64,000 bases of DNA, taken from assembly GCA_002373715.1 (NCBI GenBank), contig DFLI01000051.1:35797-99796 (forward strand), read 5' to 3'. This DNA comes from Bacteroidales bacterium UBA3623 (GTDB lineage Bacteria; Bacteroidota; Bacteroidia; Bacteroidales; UBA932). Made by a program: the position numbers and the translations under genes. Each line of letters opens with the position of its first letter. Within the stretch, counting starts at the first letter, position 1. Of the stretch, positions 45,088 to 54,364 are shown one piece after another. The notes beneath the pieces are model-generated. The model was not told where the DNA came from, made no database searches, and saw only the letters and a list, made by a program, of their open reading frames with translations.

Positions 45088-47442
45088 CTAGAACTTGACG
45101 GCCACATGACCCAGCAGCCAAAGGCCTGCCTGACGCAAGGGGGCTACACTGGAACCGCCCTGCATGTAGGCCGTATTGGCTACGTTATATACATTGATGC
45201 CCAGTTCCACCATCTTAATCCGATAACTGGCGCCCAAATCCACCAGAGCCCGGGCGGGAATGTCAATCTCCATCTCCGGTGCGCCCGGCAGGGTGTACAG
45301 CGATTTCTGTTTGGATACAAAAATGGTATGGGCGCTCACCTTGAGGCCGGAAATGATTTCATAGGAAGCCGCCAGGTTGGCCTGGAAATCCGGAATATTG
45401 TAAAGCCCATGGCCGATGGTGAGGTAGTTCTGGGAAGAAAGCACTCTCTGCCAGGTAATGTTCGCGTCTACCGTGAAGCGGGAGATGGTATAGCTGGCCG
45501 CCGTCTCCACGCCGGCGTTGGTAAGCTGACCGGCATTGACGTTACCCGTTTCGCTCTGGATGATGAAATTATCGGCCTTGTTCACAAAACCGCTCAGCTC
45601 CATCTTCAGGCCGGGCACCAGTTTGCCGTCACTGTAGAAGGACAGCTGCCAGGAATTCAGGTACTCGGGCGCCAGGTCTGCGTCTCCGGAGTTGATGTCA
45701 AAGGTGTTGTTGCGGTAGAAATAAGGCGAATCAACGAAAGCTTTGGAATAGCTGAGCTTAGCACTCCACTTGGGCCGGGAATAGATGAGGGCGATACGGG
45801 GCGAGAGCACGTGCATCTTCTTGAGGTTGGACCTCATCTTGAAGTCGTAGCGCAGGCCGGCGTTCAGCACAAGCCCTATGTTCCAGGTATGCTTGAGCTG
45901 GAAATAAGCATCGGCACTGGTTTCCTTGCCCGTATACAGTACCTTTTCGTCGTTGAACGCCTTCAGGATTACCTTGTAATCCCTGCCTTCCAGATAGTTG
46001 GCGTCGGTGAGCTGGAAACGGTTGGCGTGACCGCCTATCATCATAACGCCGGAATGATTGTCCCCAATGGTATAATTGTAGATGCCCTGAGCCGATACGC
46101 CGTAGGTATACTCTTTCCAATTGGCGCTCTGGAACACGCCGTTATAGAGTTTGAGGATAATATCTTCCGCTCCGTTGGGATGTACGTCATTGGCTCCCAC
46201 TTCCGGAATTTCATCGCCTCCCACCTGATAACGCTGCTGGTCCTGCGAGTCAAAAATGGCAATAACCTGCCAGGCAAAATGGCCCTTGCTGTCCGAATAG
46301 CCCAGTTCTGCATGCTGGGAAGTGATGGCATAGCCCGGGGCATTACCATTATACAGGCGATACTGCGAGTAACTGTAGGGTGTAAAGAAGTAGCTCAGAC
46401 TCATGGGTGCCACGGTCTTGGAGAAACGGCGGTTGTACAGAAGATGCATCTTTTCCCACTTCAGCGACATTCCCAGGTCGTAGGACGGGGCCTTGTTGTA
46501 GCCCCCTATGATCATGTCTCCTTCTATGGGCATAACGGCATAGGGCTGTGCCTCCGGGGTGGCATCATAATGAACCTTCTGGCCGGTGGCATTATAGATG
46601 CTGGCCCAGGCCAGGATATCCAGCGAAAGATAGCGTTTGCCAAAAAGGAGGTCTCCTCTCACCTGGCCATAGTTGCCTGCGCCCGCCTTCAGCTTGAAGC
46701 CGTCCACGTCTGAGCCTTCTTTGGTAATGATATTCACCACGCCCGTAAGAGCCACGCCGCCATACAGGGACGAAGCCGGGCCTCGCAGCACCTCTATCTG
46801 CTTCACTTTCTCCAGACTGATGGAATAGTCCGGGCTGGCCGTATTGGTGGAATAACTGTTTAGGCGATGGCCGTCCAGCATGATGAGAATCTTCTCCTGT
46901 CCCGAGGAATAAATGCCTCGCATAGCCACGTTCATCTCCTCGTTGCAGGCAATGTCCGTCATACCGGGAACGTAGGCTATGAGGGCGTCCTTGAGGGTAC
47001 GGGCACCTACGCGTTCTATCATCTCTTCCGTAATAAGGGAGACCGGCACGGGAGCCTCTTCGATGGATTCCGCCTGCTGGGAAGCTGTGGTAATGGTAGC
47101 CGATTTGCCGGCCTTGATTCTGTTCACCATTTCGGTGAAACGCGGGGAGTCATTATAGGCCCTGTAATAAGGATCAACGGCCAACAGCCGGGTCACCCAC
47201 GCCTCCGCCACTTCGGGCTTGTCCATATTCAGGTTGCTCAGGGCCAGAAGCCTGAACATGTTAATCTGAGTTTCTCCCTTGAAATTGTTGACAGAGTTGC
47301 TCAGCAGGGAGTCTGCCTGCTGGAACAAGCCGTACTCGTATGCCTCCTGGGCCAGCTCGTACAGATGGATATCTTCCTGTGCCCTGGCTGTGTATGAGAA
47401 GCAAAGGACGATGAGGGCGAATATGTATCTTTTGATTCTCAT
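45088..47442 (-). CDS. TonB-dependent receptor with N-terminal TPR-like domain
   Basis: Signal peptide; helical N-domain; plug (ITTAS..E...APVPV, IEVLRGPASSLYG, GVVNIITK); beta-barrel ending in F. Confidence 0.9.
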   Translation of the reverse strand: MRIKRYIFALIVLCFSYTARAQEDIHLYELAQEAYEYGLFQQADSLLSNSVNNFKGETQINMFRLLALSNLNMDKPEVAEAWVTRLLAVDPYYRAYNDSPRFTEMVNRIKAGKSATITTASQQAESIEEAPVPVSLITEEMIERVGARTLKDALIAYVPGMTDIACNEEMNVAMRGIYSSGQEKILIMLDGHRLNSYSTNTASPDYSISLEKVKQIEVLRGPASSLYGGVALTGVVNIITKEGSDVDGFKLKAGAGNYGQVRGDLLFGKRYLSLDILAWASIYNATGQKVHYDATPEAQPYAVMPIEGDMIIGGYNKAPSYDLGMSLKWEKMHLLYNRRFSKTVAPMSLSYFFTPYSYSQYRLYNGNAPGYAITSQHAELGYSDSKGHFAWQVIAIFDSQDQQRYQVGGDEIPEVGANDVHPNGAEDIILKLYNGVFQSANWKEYTYGVSAQGIYNYTIGDNHSGVMMIGGHANRFQLTDANYLEGRDYKVILKAFNDEKVLYTGKETSADAYFQLKHTWNIGLVLNAGLRYDFKMRSNLKKMHVLSPRIALIYSRPKWSAKLSYSKAFVDSPYFYRNNTFDINSGDADLAPEYLNSWQLSFYSDGKLVPGLKMELSGFVNKADNFIIQSETGNVNAGQLTNAGVETAASYTISRFTVDANITWQRVLSSQNYLTIGHGLYNIPDFQANLAASYEIISGLKVSAHTIFVSKQKSLYTLPGAPEMEIDIPARALVDLGASYRIKMVELGINVYNVANTAYMQGGSSVAPLRQAGLWLLGHVAVKF

Positions 47443-48302
47443 TTTACAATTGTGACAGGGATGAGGAAGGTAAAGGTAGTGCCCACCATGGGCTCGGATT
47501 CCAAAAGCAGCTTGCCGCTATGGTTCTTGGTAATGATATCGTGGGTGATGCTCAGTCCCAGGCCCGTACCCTGTCCGGCCGGTTTGGTGGTAAAGAAAAC
47601 TTCAAAGATCTTTTCCCTGATCTCCGGAGTCATTCCCATACCGTTGTCCGTAATGCTCACCTGCAGCTCACCTGCCTTGCCATCCTTGGAGTCCAGGGAC
47701 ACCTTCACGTCAATAGTGGGCTGGTAGTCCGGTCCTTCCTGGGCTGCCCTCTCCTTCACGGTGTAGCAGGCATTGTTCATCACATTGAGCACAGCCCGGC
47801 TAAGATCCTGCGGAATAACCATGACCTTGGGCATATTCTCCTGTATGTCTTCCTTGATGGTCAGGTTGAAGCTCTTGTCGTTGGCGCGCATGGCATGGTA
47901 GCTGAGCCACACGTATTCGTGTACCAGCTGTCCCACATCGGTGGGAAGCATCTCCCCCGCCTTGCCGCGGCTGAACAGCAGGATGCCCCGGATAATGCTG
48001 ATGGCACGTTCTCCGTGCTCCTGAATCTTGGCAAGGTTTTCCTTGAGGTCGGCCGATATGTCCTCCAGATCGGCAGCGTCGTCTTCTCCCAGTTTGTCGG
48101 CGCAGTCGTCCAGTACATCCTTCAAATCATCCAGCAATTTGACCGACATCTTGCTGAAATTAATGACAAAATTCAGAGGATTCTGTATTTCATGGGCGAT
48201 GCCGGCGCTCAGAAGCCCCAGGGAGGCCATCTTTTCCTGCTTGTGCAGCTGCTCCTGCAACTCTTCTACCTGTTTTTTCAGGTTTTCAGTTTCTTCTACC
48301 AT
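47439..48302 (-). CDS. Cytoplasmic histidine kinase (HisKA + HATPase only, no sensor)
   Basis: EKMASLG...GIAHEIQNPLNF H-box, N, DNGMGM, FFTTKP.GQGTGLGL. Confidence 0.92.
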   Translation of the reverse strand: MVEETENLKKQVEELQEQLHKQEKMASLGLLSAGIAHEIQNPLNFVINFSKMSVKLLDDLKDVLDDCADKLGEDDAADLEDISADLKENLAKIQEHGERAISIIRGILLFSRGKAGEMLPTDVGQLVHEYVWLSYHAMRANDKSFNLTIKEDIQENMPKVMVIPQDLSRAVLNVMNNACYTVKERAAQEGPDYQPTIDVKVSLDSKDGKAGELQVSITDNGMGMTPEIREKIFEVFFTTKPAGQGTGLGLSITHDIITKNHSGKLLLESEPMVGTTFTFLIPVTIVK

Positions 48303-48314
48303 AATTACAGTATC

Positions 48315-50888
48315 TTAAGCCAGTGACATTACAAATTCGGTATACTCATCCTTGACGGAGTCTACGGTGATATGGCCGCCGCAGTCGTGCAGGATCTGCT
48401 GACTGAGGTAAAGGCCCACGCCAGGTGCTTCGCCCGTGGGTTTGGTGGTAAAGAAGGGATCAAAGACCTTGTCCAGAATACTGCTCTCAATGCCTATACC
48501 ATTGTCGTAGATCTTGATCTGGACAGGACCGGCGGCCTCCTGCAAAACAGTGACGCGGAGGACGGGCTTGTATTCCACTCCCTTATCGGCCTTCTTCTTG
48601 ATGGCGTATATGCTGTTGCCCAGCATGGACATGACAGCCTTGCCCATCTGATCTGCCACCACGTTCCGCATGACGGGCTTGTCCGGTTTGATGAACTCAA
48701 CCTGGATTCCGAGGGCAGTGATGTCATCGGCATAATACGTCTTGAACTTATCTATGCACTGTTGGCACAAAAGGGTCAAATCCGTGGATTCGAACTTGGT
48801 GGAACGCTCCTTGAGCATCTCCTCCATGGCCTTCAGGGTACGCGTGGTGGAGATTCCGTGCTGCTCAATCTTCTCCAGATTGGTCTTCATCATATCCATC
48901 ACATCCATGGAATCCTCGAAGTTGTCCGGATCCATTGCATCTTTCTCATCCTCAACGTTCTGTCGCAATTCCCCGGACAGGCCCAAGGTAAGATGGGCAA
49001 AATTGTTGATGTAGTTCATGGGGTTCAGGATACGGTCTATGAGGCCCTTGGTAAGCTTACCGATAGCGGCCGCACGCTCCTGCCTGAGCAGTTTGTCCTG
49101 GGCCTTGCGCAGCTCCTTGGTACGCTCGTCCACAATGGCCTCCAGGCGTTGCTGTTCCTCTGCCATGCGACGCATGCGGTACCGGAAAAGCAAATAAACA
49201 AGGAAGACGATGATAATCAGGTACAACAGGAGGGAATACCAGCGTACGAACACAGGATAGGGCTTCTTGAAATCTAAGGGGCCGATTTCGCTCAACTGCC
49301 CGAAGGCATCCTTCGATCGCACAGACACCTGGTAAGAACCATAACCGAGGTTGGCAAACAGGTACTCCTGCTCGTCGTCCCATTTGGACCAGGCGTTGTC
49401 TGCATGCATGCGGTAACTGTAAAGCGTCTGGCCGATAGGGTCCGTCTTGTCGTTGGAGAAGCTGAGGGTAAGGTCTCCGTTCTCCATGCTGAAATGGCGT
49501 ACGTACAGCTGAGGCAGGTCCCGCTGGGTGGCAAGGCTTTGCTCCATATTGAACCGGACCAACTGCACATTGTCTCCAATCCATACCAGGCCATCCTCTA
49601 CCAGCATGGCCTGGACATTGAAGTCAGAGAAGGGCTCAAACCACGCTTTCAGCTTTTCCGGCATGTTCTCATAATAAATGCCCAAGCCGTTGTCGTAGCT
49701 GCGCCAGATGTTGCAGGCCTTGTCTTCGTATTCAAAGAGTCGGGACAAAGGGCTTTCCTCCTTCTTCTCAAATGTATTCTCACCAGGATCCATATAGAAG
49801 GCATCGCCCGAAAGCGTCATGGCCCACACTCCGCCCGCGCGGTCTTTCTTGAAACGGGTGATGTTGGGAATTTGGCCTATCGGCCTTATTCCTTCACCGG
49901 GCCGGAAGCGGCATACGCGCTCCAGTTCCCCTACCAGATAGGAGCCATCGTCCATGGCCAGTATGGAAAGGGCAAACTGGTTGGTCTGCTGCCGTGCCGT
50001 GCCGTTGCTATATTGATACACACCGTCCGATGTGGCCACGTAAAGAGTTCCGCCGGAGCCCTGGGCCATCTGCCAGCAGGGGTGGGTCACATTGCTCACC
50101 TGGGTGAAGCGCTGTCCTTCCTGACGATACAGGCCCTGGAAGGTTCCCACCATGATGGTGGATCCTAGCTGGGTTATGCAGGAGATCTGGCCTCGGAGGC
50201 CTTCCTTCTCTGTAAAGTGCGTGTAAATCTCCGAGACCGAGATGCTGAAAACGCCATTGTCCGTGGCTCCCCAGACCGTGCCTTTGCCGTCGTAAGCGAG
50301 TTTGGTAATGCTGTTGGAGCACAGTCCGTTGTCCACATTGATGCGCCAGATTTCCCGGCCCTCGCGGTCCACCGCAACGACGCCTTCCGTAGCCGTAGCC
50401 AGGAGGGTGCGGTTGTCTTCCAGCTTCAGGCGCTGATAGACCTCAATGTCATTCCAGCGGTCCACTGCGGTTTCGCTGATGCGCTCGCCGCCAGCCAGTG
50501 CGCTGGCATTCTCCCCCGCGCGCCGGACATATGCCACCTGGATAGAATCCCCGTCAACGGACAGAACCTGCCCAGTCATAGTGATACCTTCGAAGACCAC
50601 ATTCCCGTCCTGATCCCGGCTCACGCTCACAACGCGGGAGATATCCGGCGTATGAACGATCCTCCACTCCACGTTGTCGTACACGAGAAGTCCTTCGAAA
50701 TTGGCAAAGAAGGTATGCCCCTCACCGTCACAGAGGACGTCAAAGTTACGGTTGTGGGCATTGTACTGGCTGGCCGAGTAGTTTCTGAAGAACGGAACGC
50801 CCATGTGGGCTCCGTCCTGAGCGGCAGCCTGCACCGTGCAAAACGCCACGGCGACTATCCAACTGATATGATACAGAAACTTTCTCAT
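48315..50888 (-). CDS. Beta-propeller/Y_Y_Y sensor histidine kinase-like protein lacking phospho-acceptor His
   Basis: Signal peptide, Reg_prop repeats, YSYR...NLGYGSY Y_Y_Y, TM, coiled coil, H-box reads GLIDRILNP, HATPase; start ATG 50888. Confidence 0.85.
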   Translation of the reverse strand: MRKFLYHISWIVAVAFCTVQAAAQDGAHMGVPFFRNYSASQYNAHNRNFDVLCDGEGHTFFANFEGLLVYDNVEWRIVHTPDISRVVSVSRDQDGNVVFEGITMTGQVLSVDGDSIQVAYVRRAGENASALAGGERISETAVDRWNDIEVYQRLKLEDNRTLLATATEGVVAVDREGREIWRINVDNGLCSNSITKLAYDGKGTVWGATDNGVFSISVSEIYTHFTEKEGLRGQISCITQLGSTIMVGTFQGLYRQEGQRFTQVSNVTHPCWQMAQGSGGTLYVATSDGVYQYSNGTARQQTNQFALSILAMDDGSYLVGELERVCRFRPGEGIRPIGQIPNITRFKKDRAGGVWAMTLSGDAFYMDPGENTFEKKEESPLSRLFEYEDKACNIWRSYDNGLGIYYENMPEKLKAWFEPFSDFNVQAMLVEDGLVWIGDNVQLVRFNMEQSLATQRDLPQLYVRHFSMENGDLTLSFSNDKTDPIGQTLYSYRMHADNAWSKWDDEQEYLFANLGYGSYQVSVRSKDAFGQLSEIGPLDFKKPYPVFVRWYSLLLYLIIIVFLVYLLFRYRMRRMAEEQQRLEAIVDERTKELRKAQDKLLRQERAAAIGKLTKGLIDRILNPMNYINNFAHLTLGLSGELRQNVEDEKDAMDPDNFEDSMDVMDMMKTNLEKIEQHGISTTRTLKAMEEMLKERSTKFESTDLTLLCQQCIDKFKTYYADDITALGIQVEFIKPDKPVMRNVVADQMGKAVMSMLGNSIYAIKKKADKGVEYKPVLRVTVLQEAAGPVQIKIYDNGIGIESSILDKVFDPFFTTKPTGEAPGVGLYLSQQILHDCGGHITVDSVKDEYTEFVMSLA

Positions 50889-52543
50889 TTGAACGTCATA
50901 TAGGGGATGGATACGCCCACATAGCGGGTCCATTCCTGTTGGGTGAGATTACGCTTAAGTTTATTGTGCAGCTGCTGAGCCATGTCATCGGCCGATGCAT
51001 TCAGCAGCATCACATTTCCGGAGGACGTGCCAATCCATACCGATTTTCCATCCTCGTCCCCGCACACGGCCAGCGTCCATCCGTCAAAGGTATAATCCAC
51101 GGGCACCAGCCACTCGGTAGGGACTTCCTGGCTGCCGGACACACGCTTTTCCACCTTTTCCTTCTGCAGCTCTTCGCGGAAGGACAAACCGCTCTCGAAC
51201 AGCAGATTATCCATGTTCCAGATATACGCTGTCTTGTCATAGCCACCCGTCACAACAACGGGGCCTAGCATGGTGATATCCATGCACTTGGCCTTATGGG
51301 CCGCCATGGTTTCCATCACGCGGTCGTATTGGTTTACGGGATATACCGTTCCGTCTTCCACGCCCAGCAGCAGGCACTTGCTGGCCTTGTCGTAGTAGGC
51401 GGCCGTAACCACGCCTTTGAGCAAAGGGGCCTTTTCCACGATCCTGCCCGCCACATCCATCTCGGCGTAACCTCCGTCCGTAAAGAAAAGACAGGTGACG
51501 CCTTCCCTCTCTACAATGGCCGACAGCGTCCCAGGCAGTTCCTCGCTGCCGGTTATCTTTCCGTCCGAATACCAGCTTAAACTCTTTCGCCCTGCTACTA
51601 GCAGGCCGTCTCCAATGGGGACCAGTTTGAAATAGTTGTCTTCCGGCAGCTGAACTTCTACATGGTTTCCTTCAAAATCCAGGACGCAAAGGGGGCCTTT
51701 GAGGGAAAGGGCATAGATACTGTTATCCTTGATAAGTACATCCCTGAAATCGAACAAGGAATTGAAAAGTAAGGCATTGGAAGAAATCCTCTTTCCTCCC
51801 TGGCTCGCGTTCACGGTGAGCCGTTCCACTTCTCCGAAATTGGAAACGGCCACACATTGTCCGGGGCGGCCGGGAACCTTGGCAAGGGCGTTCACGGCAC
51901 CGCCTTCCTTCATCTTGTAGCGAAGGATACCGTCGGTGGCCTGGGTCAACGACTTGAAAGTCTCGGAATAATACTGGTTACCCCGGTTGTTTTTCAGGAA
52001 ATACCAGCTGGCATATGCCAGAAGATCTGCCACCTCCGGTTCACCGGCTTCCCTTCTCACCTGGGAGCTCACGGCCAGGCTCCTGGCCTGGGTGCGGCGG
52101 TTCAGCGTATCGGCCACATTCTTGGCGTGGGTGGCTTCGTCCCTCTGTTCAACGGCAATTTCCTGCTGCCGTTCGGCATTGGCGCGCTCCCGCTCCGCCA
52201 CCTGGGCGGCCGATTGGGCCTTGAGCTCTGCCTCATGGGCGGCGCGGCTTTCCATCTCGGCCCTATAGGCATTCTGGGTGGCCAGGATGGACTGTTCCTC
52301 GGCCCTGTCCCGTTGCTGGTCTGAAATAGCTTTCTGCTGATAGGCGATATCCTCCATCTGCTGGCTCACCCGCTTCACAATGGCGGCATCCTTCTCGGCG
52401 GCCTCCATCTGCTCCATCTCCTCCTTCAGCGAGGCCAGTTCCGTCCTGGACCGGTTGTAACCCATACGATAAGCGAGCGCCGCCACACCGGCTACGACTG
52501 CCAGTGCTATCAGGCTCATCCATATGTATGTACGGTTTTTCAC
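50885..52543 (-). CDS. Membrane-anchored coiled-coil + WD40 beta-propeller protein
   Basis: N-terminal TM, long A/E/Q-rich coiled coil, ARSLA, WD-like repeats (AHKAK..TGGYDKTAYIWN), C-terminal RNLTQQEW.RY; GTG start. Confidence 0.75.
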   Translation of the reverse strand: MKNRTYIWMSLIALAVVAGVAALAYRMGYNRSRTELASLKEEMEQMEAAEKDAAIVKRVSQQMEDIAYQQKAISDQQRDRAEEQSILATQNAYRAEMESRAAHEAELKAQSAAQVAERERANAERQQEIAVEQRDEATHAKNVADTLNRRTQARSLAVSSQVRREAGEPEVADLLAYASWYFLKNNRGNQYYSETFKSLTQATDGILRYKMKEGGAVNALAKVPGRPGQCVAVSNFGEVERLTVNASQGGKRISSNALLFNSLFDFRDVLIKDNSIYALSLKGPLCVLDFEGNHVEVQLPEDNYFKLVPIGDGLLVAGRKSLSWYSDGKITGSEELPGTLSAIVEREGVTCLFFTDGGYAEMDVAGRIVEKAPLLKGVVTAAYYDKASKCLLLGVEDGTVYPVNQYDRVMETMAAHKAKCMDITMLGPVVVTGGYDKTAYIWNMDNLLFESGLSFREELQKEKVEKRVSGSQEVPTEWLVPVDYTFDGWTLAVCGDEDGKSVWIGTSSGNVMLLNASADDMAQQLHNKLKRNLTQQEWTRYVGVSIPYMTFK

Positions 52544-53703
52544 TTTCTGCGGATTACTAATTGGGTAATATCATCGCTCTGGGCAGCACCGGCTACGAAT
52601 TCCTTCACTTTGGCGTTGACCGTGTCCACTATCTGTTTGCTTTCGGCCCCCTTCAGTTCTGCCAGGGCAGCCTCCAGCCTTGCTTCTCCGAATTGTTCGT
52701 GATCTTTGTTCTCGGCCTCCGTAACGCCGTCCGTATACATGACAAGGGCGTCTCCGGGGTTCAGCCGAAGCGATTCATTCTTGAATGTCATGCCTTCTAT
52801 TGCACCCAGGACCAGGTTGCATTCGGATTTCAACATTTCCACCGTACCGTCAGCATGGAGAATGTAAGGCGGGTTGTGTCCGGCGTTTGTGAAATCAATC
52901 TCTCCGGTCTTCAGGTCATATATTCCGTAGAAAACGGTGACAAACATGGATTCCACGCTTTCTCCGCACAGCATGTCGTTCACCATCTGGATGCACACGT
53001 TGGATGCCACGTCACGCAGACCCGTGGCTTTAAGGAGCGTACGGCTCACCGCCATGAAGATGGCCGCCGGCACACCCTTGCCGCTGACATCCGCTATGGT
53101 AAAACCTATGCGGTGGTCGTCAATGGGGAAGAACTCATAGAAATCACCTCCCACATCCTTGGCCGCCACCATGCTGGCATAGATGTCCACCAAATCGGCG
53201 TCTTCCATCTTGAGCTTGAACGAGCGGGGCAGGATGGCGTGCTGGATTTCACGGGCCACGGAGAGGTCTCCCTGGATATCCACCAGCTGGGCATGTTCCT
53301 TCTGGGCGCTCTTGACATATTCAATCTGCTCCACCGCCTTGTCAATGGTTACCTGGAGGTCGTCCAGGTCTATCGGCTTGGTGGCAAAATCGAAAGCGCC
53401 GTTGTTCATGGCATGACGAATATTCTCCATGTCTCCGTAGGCGCTTACCATGATGCACTTGAGGGAGGGATTGCGCATCTCGTTCACCTTGGTCAGAAGC
53501 GTGAGACCGTCCATTTCGGGCATGTTGATGTCCGAAAGGATGATGGCGATGTCCGGATGCTTCAACAGGACCTTAAGGGCTTCCAGTCCGTTGTGGGCAA
53601 AGAAGAACTCGTACTCGCCCTTTCTTATCTTTCTGCGGAAAAATTGCGTCAACAACAATTCGAGATCGGTTTCGTCATCAACGCTGAGAATTTTTACTGC
53701 CAT
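52540..53703 (-). CDS. Response regulator receiver - SpoIIE/PP2C phosphatase (RsbU-like)
   Basis: VDDE, SDINMPEMDG, SAYGD, TKP; VGGDFY, ADVSGKG, NAGHNPP, YTDGVTEA, SDDIT. Confidence 0.93.
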   Translation of the reverse strand: MAVKILSVDDETDLELLLTQFFRRKIRKGEYEFFFAHNGLEALKVLLKHPDIAIILSDINMPEMDGLTLLTKVNEMRNPSLKCIMVSAYGDMENIRHAMNNGAFDFATKPIDLDDLQVTIDKAVEQIEYVKSAQKEHAQLVDIQGDLSVAREIQHAILPRSFKLKMEDADLVDIYASMVAAKDVGGDFYEFFPIDDHRIGFTIADVSGKGVPAAIFMAVSRTLLKATGLRDVASNVCIQMVNDMLCGESVESMFVTVFYGIYDLKTGEIDFTNAGHNPPYILHADGTVEMLKSECNLVLGAIEGMTFKNESLRLNPGDALVMYTDGVTEAENKDHEQFGEARLEAALAELKGAESKQIVDTVNAKVKEFVAGAAQSDDITQLVIRRK

Positions 53704-53764
53704 GGTATATTATAAAAACTGTTTATCAAGTAGAAGACGAAAGGCTGCCCCGGAAGTGCGGGTG

Positions 53765-54364
53765 TTATTCCTTTGCAAAAAACTTCCAGTGGAAGAGAAT
53801 GAGATAGATAGCGCCGCAAGTGACGCAACTGTCGGCAAAATTGAATACCGGTTCAAAGAAAATGTGACCGCCCAGGCCCGGCACCCAGTCTGGCCAGGTC
53901 CAGAGGGGGAAGTAGAACATATCTACCACCTTTCCCTGCATGAACGGCGCATAGGAGCCTAGCGTTGCCACTGTGTCGTAAGTGGATTCGCTGAAGATGA
54001 GGCCGTAGAAGAGGCAGTCTATAATGTTTCCGAAAGCGCCGGCCGTAATGAGAGTAAGGCCTACCAGTACCCCGGTGGGAATGCTTTCCTTCTTAATGAG
54101 GGTGGCAATCCACCAGCAGAGGGCGCCAAAGAGGATGAGGCGGAAGACCGTGAGGATATACTTGCCCACAACCCCGCCGAAGGCCATACCAAAGGCCATA
54201 CCCTTGTTCTCTACGAACAGGATCTGGAACCAGTTTCCTATGACGAAAATATGCTCTCCCAAGGTCATGTTGGTTTTGACCAGGACCTTGATGACCTGAT
54301 CAATCACAACCAGCAGGATACCAAGGAGCAGCAGCCAGGAGCCTTTGGAAAGACGCCTCGCCAT
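53765..54364 (-). CDS. lspA: Lipoprotein signal peptidase II
   Basis: DQVIK, NKGMAFG, AGAFGNIID, GKVVDM, FNFADS. Confidence 0.95.
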   Translation of the reverse strand: MARRLSKGSWLLLLGILLVVIDQVIKVLVKTNMTLGEHIFVIGNWFQILFVENKGMAFGMAFGGVVGKYILTVFRLILFGALCWWIATLIKKESIPTGVLVGLTLITAGAFGNIIDCLFYGLIFSESTYDTVATLGSYAPFMQGKVVDMFYFPLWTWPDWVPGLGGHIFFEPVFNFADSCVTCGAIYLILFHWKFFAKE

